From Cyanophora paradoxa CCMP329 (lineage: Eukaryota > Plantae > Glaucophyta): a stretch of DNA of 64,000 nt. The stretch lies in contig QPMI01000408.1 in NCBI GenBank assembly GCA_004431415.1, positions 496,001-560,000 on the forward strand. The letters are read 5' to 3'. The translations under genes were made by a program, and so were the position numbers. Within the stretch, counting starts at the first letter, position 1, and every line of letters begins with the position of its first letter. The notes below the pieces were generated by a model, which made no database searches, was not told where the DNA came from, and worked only from the letters and a program-made list of their open reading frames with translations. Of this stretch, positions 61,876 to 64,000 are shown in pieces.

Positions 61876-64000
61876 ATGGCCGGCTTCGTTGGGCTCGCGC
61901 TGGGCCCGGCGCCCGGTCGGGAGCTCCTTGCTTCCCGATCGGCGACGTGCGCGATTGCGCCTGCTCCGACCCAGCGCGTGCTTCTCAAGCGGCGGTCCCT
62001 TCTCGGCTCCCCCGTCCCCGCTCGCCTCGCGCCGGCCAGCACGACCTACTGGAACTTCTTCCAGAGGATCCTCGTCACACCATCATTCGCCAGCGCGTCC
62101 CCGGGACCTAGCGAGGCCGCCGCTGATCACGACCTGGTGCGCTGCGAGATCTTTGTGCCAGCCCTTCATGCGCGGCGTTACTCGATCGTGACGCGCGGTT
62201 CCCAGCCAGATTTTACAACCGTGGATGACGGTGATCAGGGCCCTGGCCTACCCGCAACCGGGCACGCGCCCTTGTACACGAGCGAGGGCGAGGTGCGAAA
62301 CCGAAGCCACGCGGTCGTGTGTCGCGCTCCCGCGGCGCGCTGACGCAACCGCACAGCTCCTAGTATCGATTCCCATCTCTGGCGTCTGGCCCGATGCAGA
62401 TCAGACTGCCCTACTCGAGGAGCTCTTTTGGACGAACAAGCACCCGTCGGTGCGTGGAGTTCGCGCGCGCGAGAGGCTTCCCCTTTTCCGCTCGAGTAGT
62501 TTCCTGCAATCTCGTGTTGCAATTGGGTATCGTTTGACATGACCCAGCTGCTTTCAAAAGATTGCAACAATAACGCTTCCTGAAGATATTGGGTGGCCTC
62601 TTATGCCTCCCCGATATAATACGAAGCCACACGCACATTTATTCGCTTACTTTAAAGTTCTTGTCACCCTTTTTTTTTCTATGCGGCCTTGCATCATTTG
62701 AATGGGTCCGCGCGGCAGGACGGGGACGTCACCCTGGTGTCGTATCAAACGAGGCTTACAGGCCCACAAGTCATCCAGTGGTCCGCGAGCGATATTCGGA
62801 TGCACTGTCTTCGAATCTCAACGCACCGACGCGCGCGCTCAGGCTGAAGAAGAGGCGCCTGGTCGCGAAGATGGGCCTGACGGCCGACGTCGCCAACGCG
62901 CTTTTCGAGGCCTTCGACGCGGACACGAAGCCCTCCGTGCGTCGCCCTCGCCTCTTTACTACCGGCGCGGCACGCTCAGACGCGCACTCGCGCAGGACGC
63001 GGCGGTCGAAGAGCTCTCGTCGGCGTCAGGCTTGACCGTTGGGGACGTTATCTCCTTCTTCTCGAAGATGCGCACGCTCTCCATCGGATCGGCGATCTCT
63101 CCGGGCAGCATCCGCACCGCCCGCGGCCGGAAATTGGTCCGCTCTTTGTGCCGCATTTACATTAAATTGTCGCCCACGAGCTCTCTCCCTCGCAGGAGGA
63201 TTTCTTCGCGAAGCAGCAGACGCCAACGGTGCGCTCGAATTTTTTCTAGCGAGGATGCTGTCCGGGGGGCGCGCCGCTGACGCCTGCGGCAGAACGAGGA
63301 AGTGAAGTATATCGCCAAGGCTGTCGGCATCAGCAAGTTCGAGGCCATCAACTGGTTCCGGCAGGTGCGCACGGGCTGCCGGGGTCGTCTTCTCCCCCTC
63401 CCTTGCGCCCCCGCTGAGTGCCCCTCCCAGAGGCGCAAGCTGCCGCACATCGCCCCGGGAAAGCTGGCGGAAGCCGACGAGGCGACGTTGGAGACGTTCA
63501 TCTCGGTAGCCGCCTCCGGCGCGGGGGGAAAGGTGCGAGGGTACCCGTCCGTCAGCGCCCCCTCCGCCTGATTTGCGAAACAGGTCCCGACGACATTCAA
63601 GCCCTTCAAGTACGGGAACAAGCTCGCGCCTATCGAGTCCAAGGCGTCGGACGCTGAGGGCGAGGGCGAGGGCGAGGAGGCGGATGAGGTGGACGACGAG
63701 AACAGGCCGTGGACCCGGGAGGAGAAGCAGCAGGCGATGCGACAGTATATGCGGGAGGAGGACGACGACGACTTCCTCGGCCCCAGGAGCGCCCGCGCGC
63801 GGAGGCCACGGGCGGGTGCGGACAGCGAGTCGAGTGCCGGTCGGCGGCCGGGAAGCTTCCGCGTGCGGGACGACGCCCAGCCCGCAGCTTCGACCGCAGC
63901 GAGTGGCGCGGCCCCGCAAGAGAGGACGGCGGCGCGAGGCGGTTCGGGCGTAGCGGGCCTCAGCGGTTCTCTGGAGGAAGGAGCAGGGACACCCAGAGCT
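61876..64000 (+). CDS. protein with three tandem homeodomain-like repeats and a plastid-type presequence (probably continues beyond the window)
   Basis: MAGFVG leader; spliced [16 protein letters not shown]|[21 protein letters not shown]|LKKRR; [13 protein letters not shown]|[26 protein letters not shown]; L|[11 protein letters not shown]|[24 protein letters not shown]|RR. Confidence 0.72.

Overview
GC-rich, intron-dense eukaryotic nuclear DNA with short introns (mostly ~50-100 nt, many GC-AG), so the raw ORF track is largely uninformative and genes were rebuilt by hand-splicing. Presequences with an early Phe (MSSAF, MAPALF, MAGFV) suggest a primary-plastid alga, plausibly a glaucophyte (inference). 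About 25 genes: TVP23, two tandem C2-domain paralogues, two F-box/LRR proteins, ELP5, an M50 protease, a FEX fluoride exporter, PEX7, a CysQ/IMPase, an SIS-only KdsD, a kinesin, a rhomboid, a J-domain-FN3 protein, COX6A, an LCAT-like lipase, WDR61/SKI8, aspartate aminotransferase and PCNA. Highlights: (1) a fully delimited 5,058-bp IS3EU-like DNA transposon (6906-11963; imperfect TIRs, 6-bp TGTTTG target-site duplication, spliced DDE transposase) carrying a RING-H2 gene and a small unknown gene; (2) a large spliced gene (35244-41609, minus) fusing a zf-4CXXC_R1-like zinc finger to a divergent dynamin-like GTPase whose motifs appear only after splicing; (3) a triple-homeodomain protein with a plastid-type presequence, head-to-head with PCNA; (4) a ~151-bp hairpin-containing tandem array, a sense-strand GTACCC motif enrichment and palindrome-saturated intergenic DNA. 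All exon boundaries are manual predictions without transcript support.
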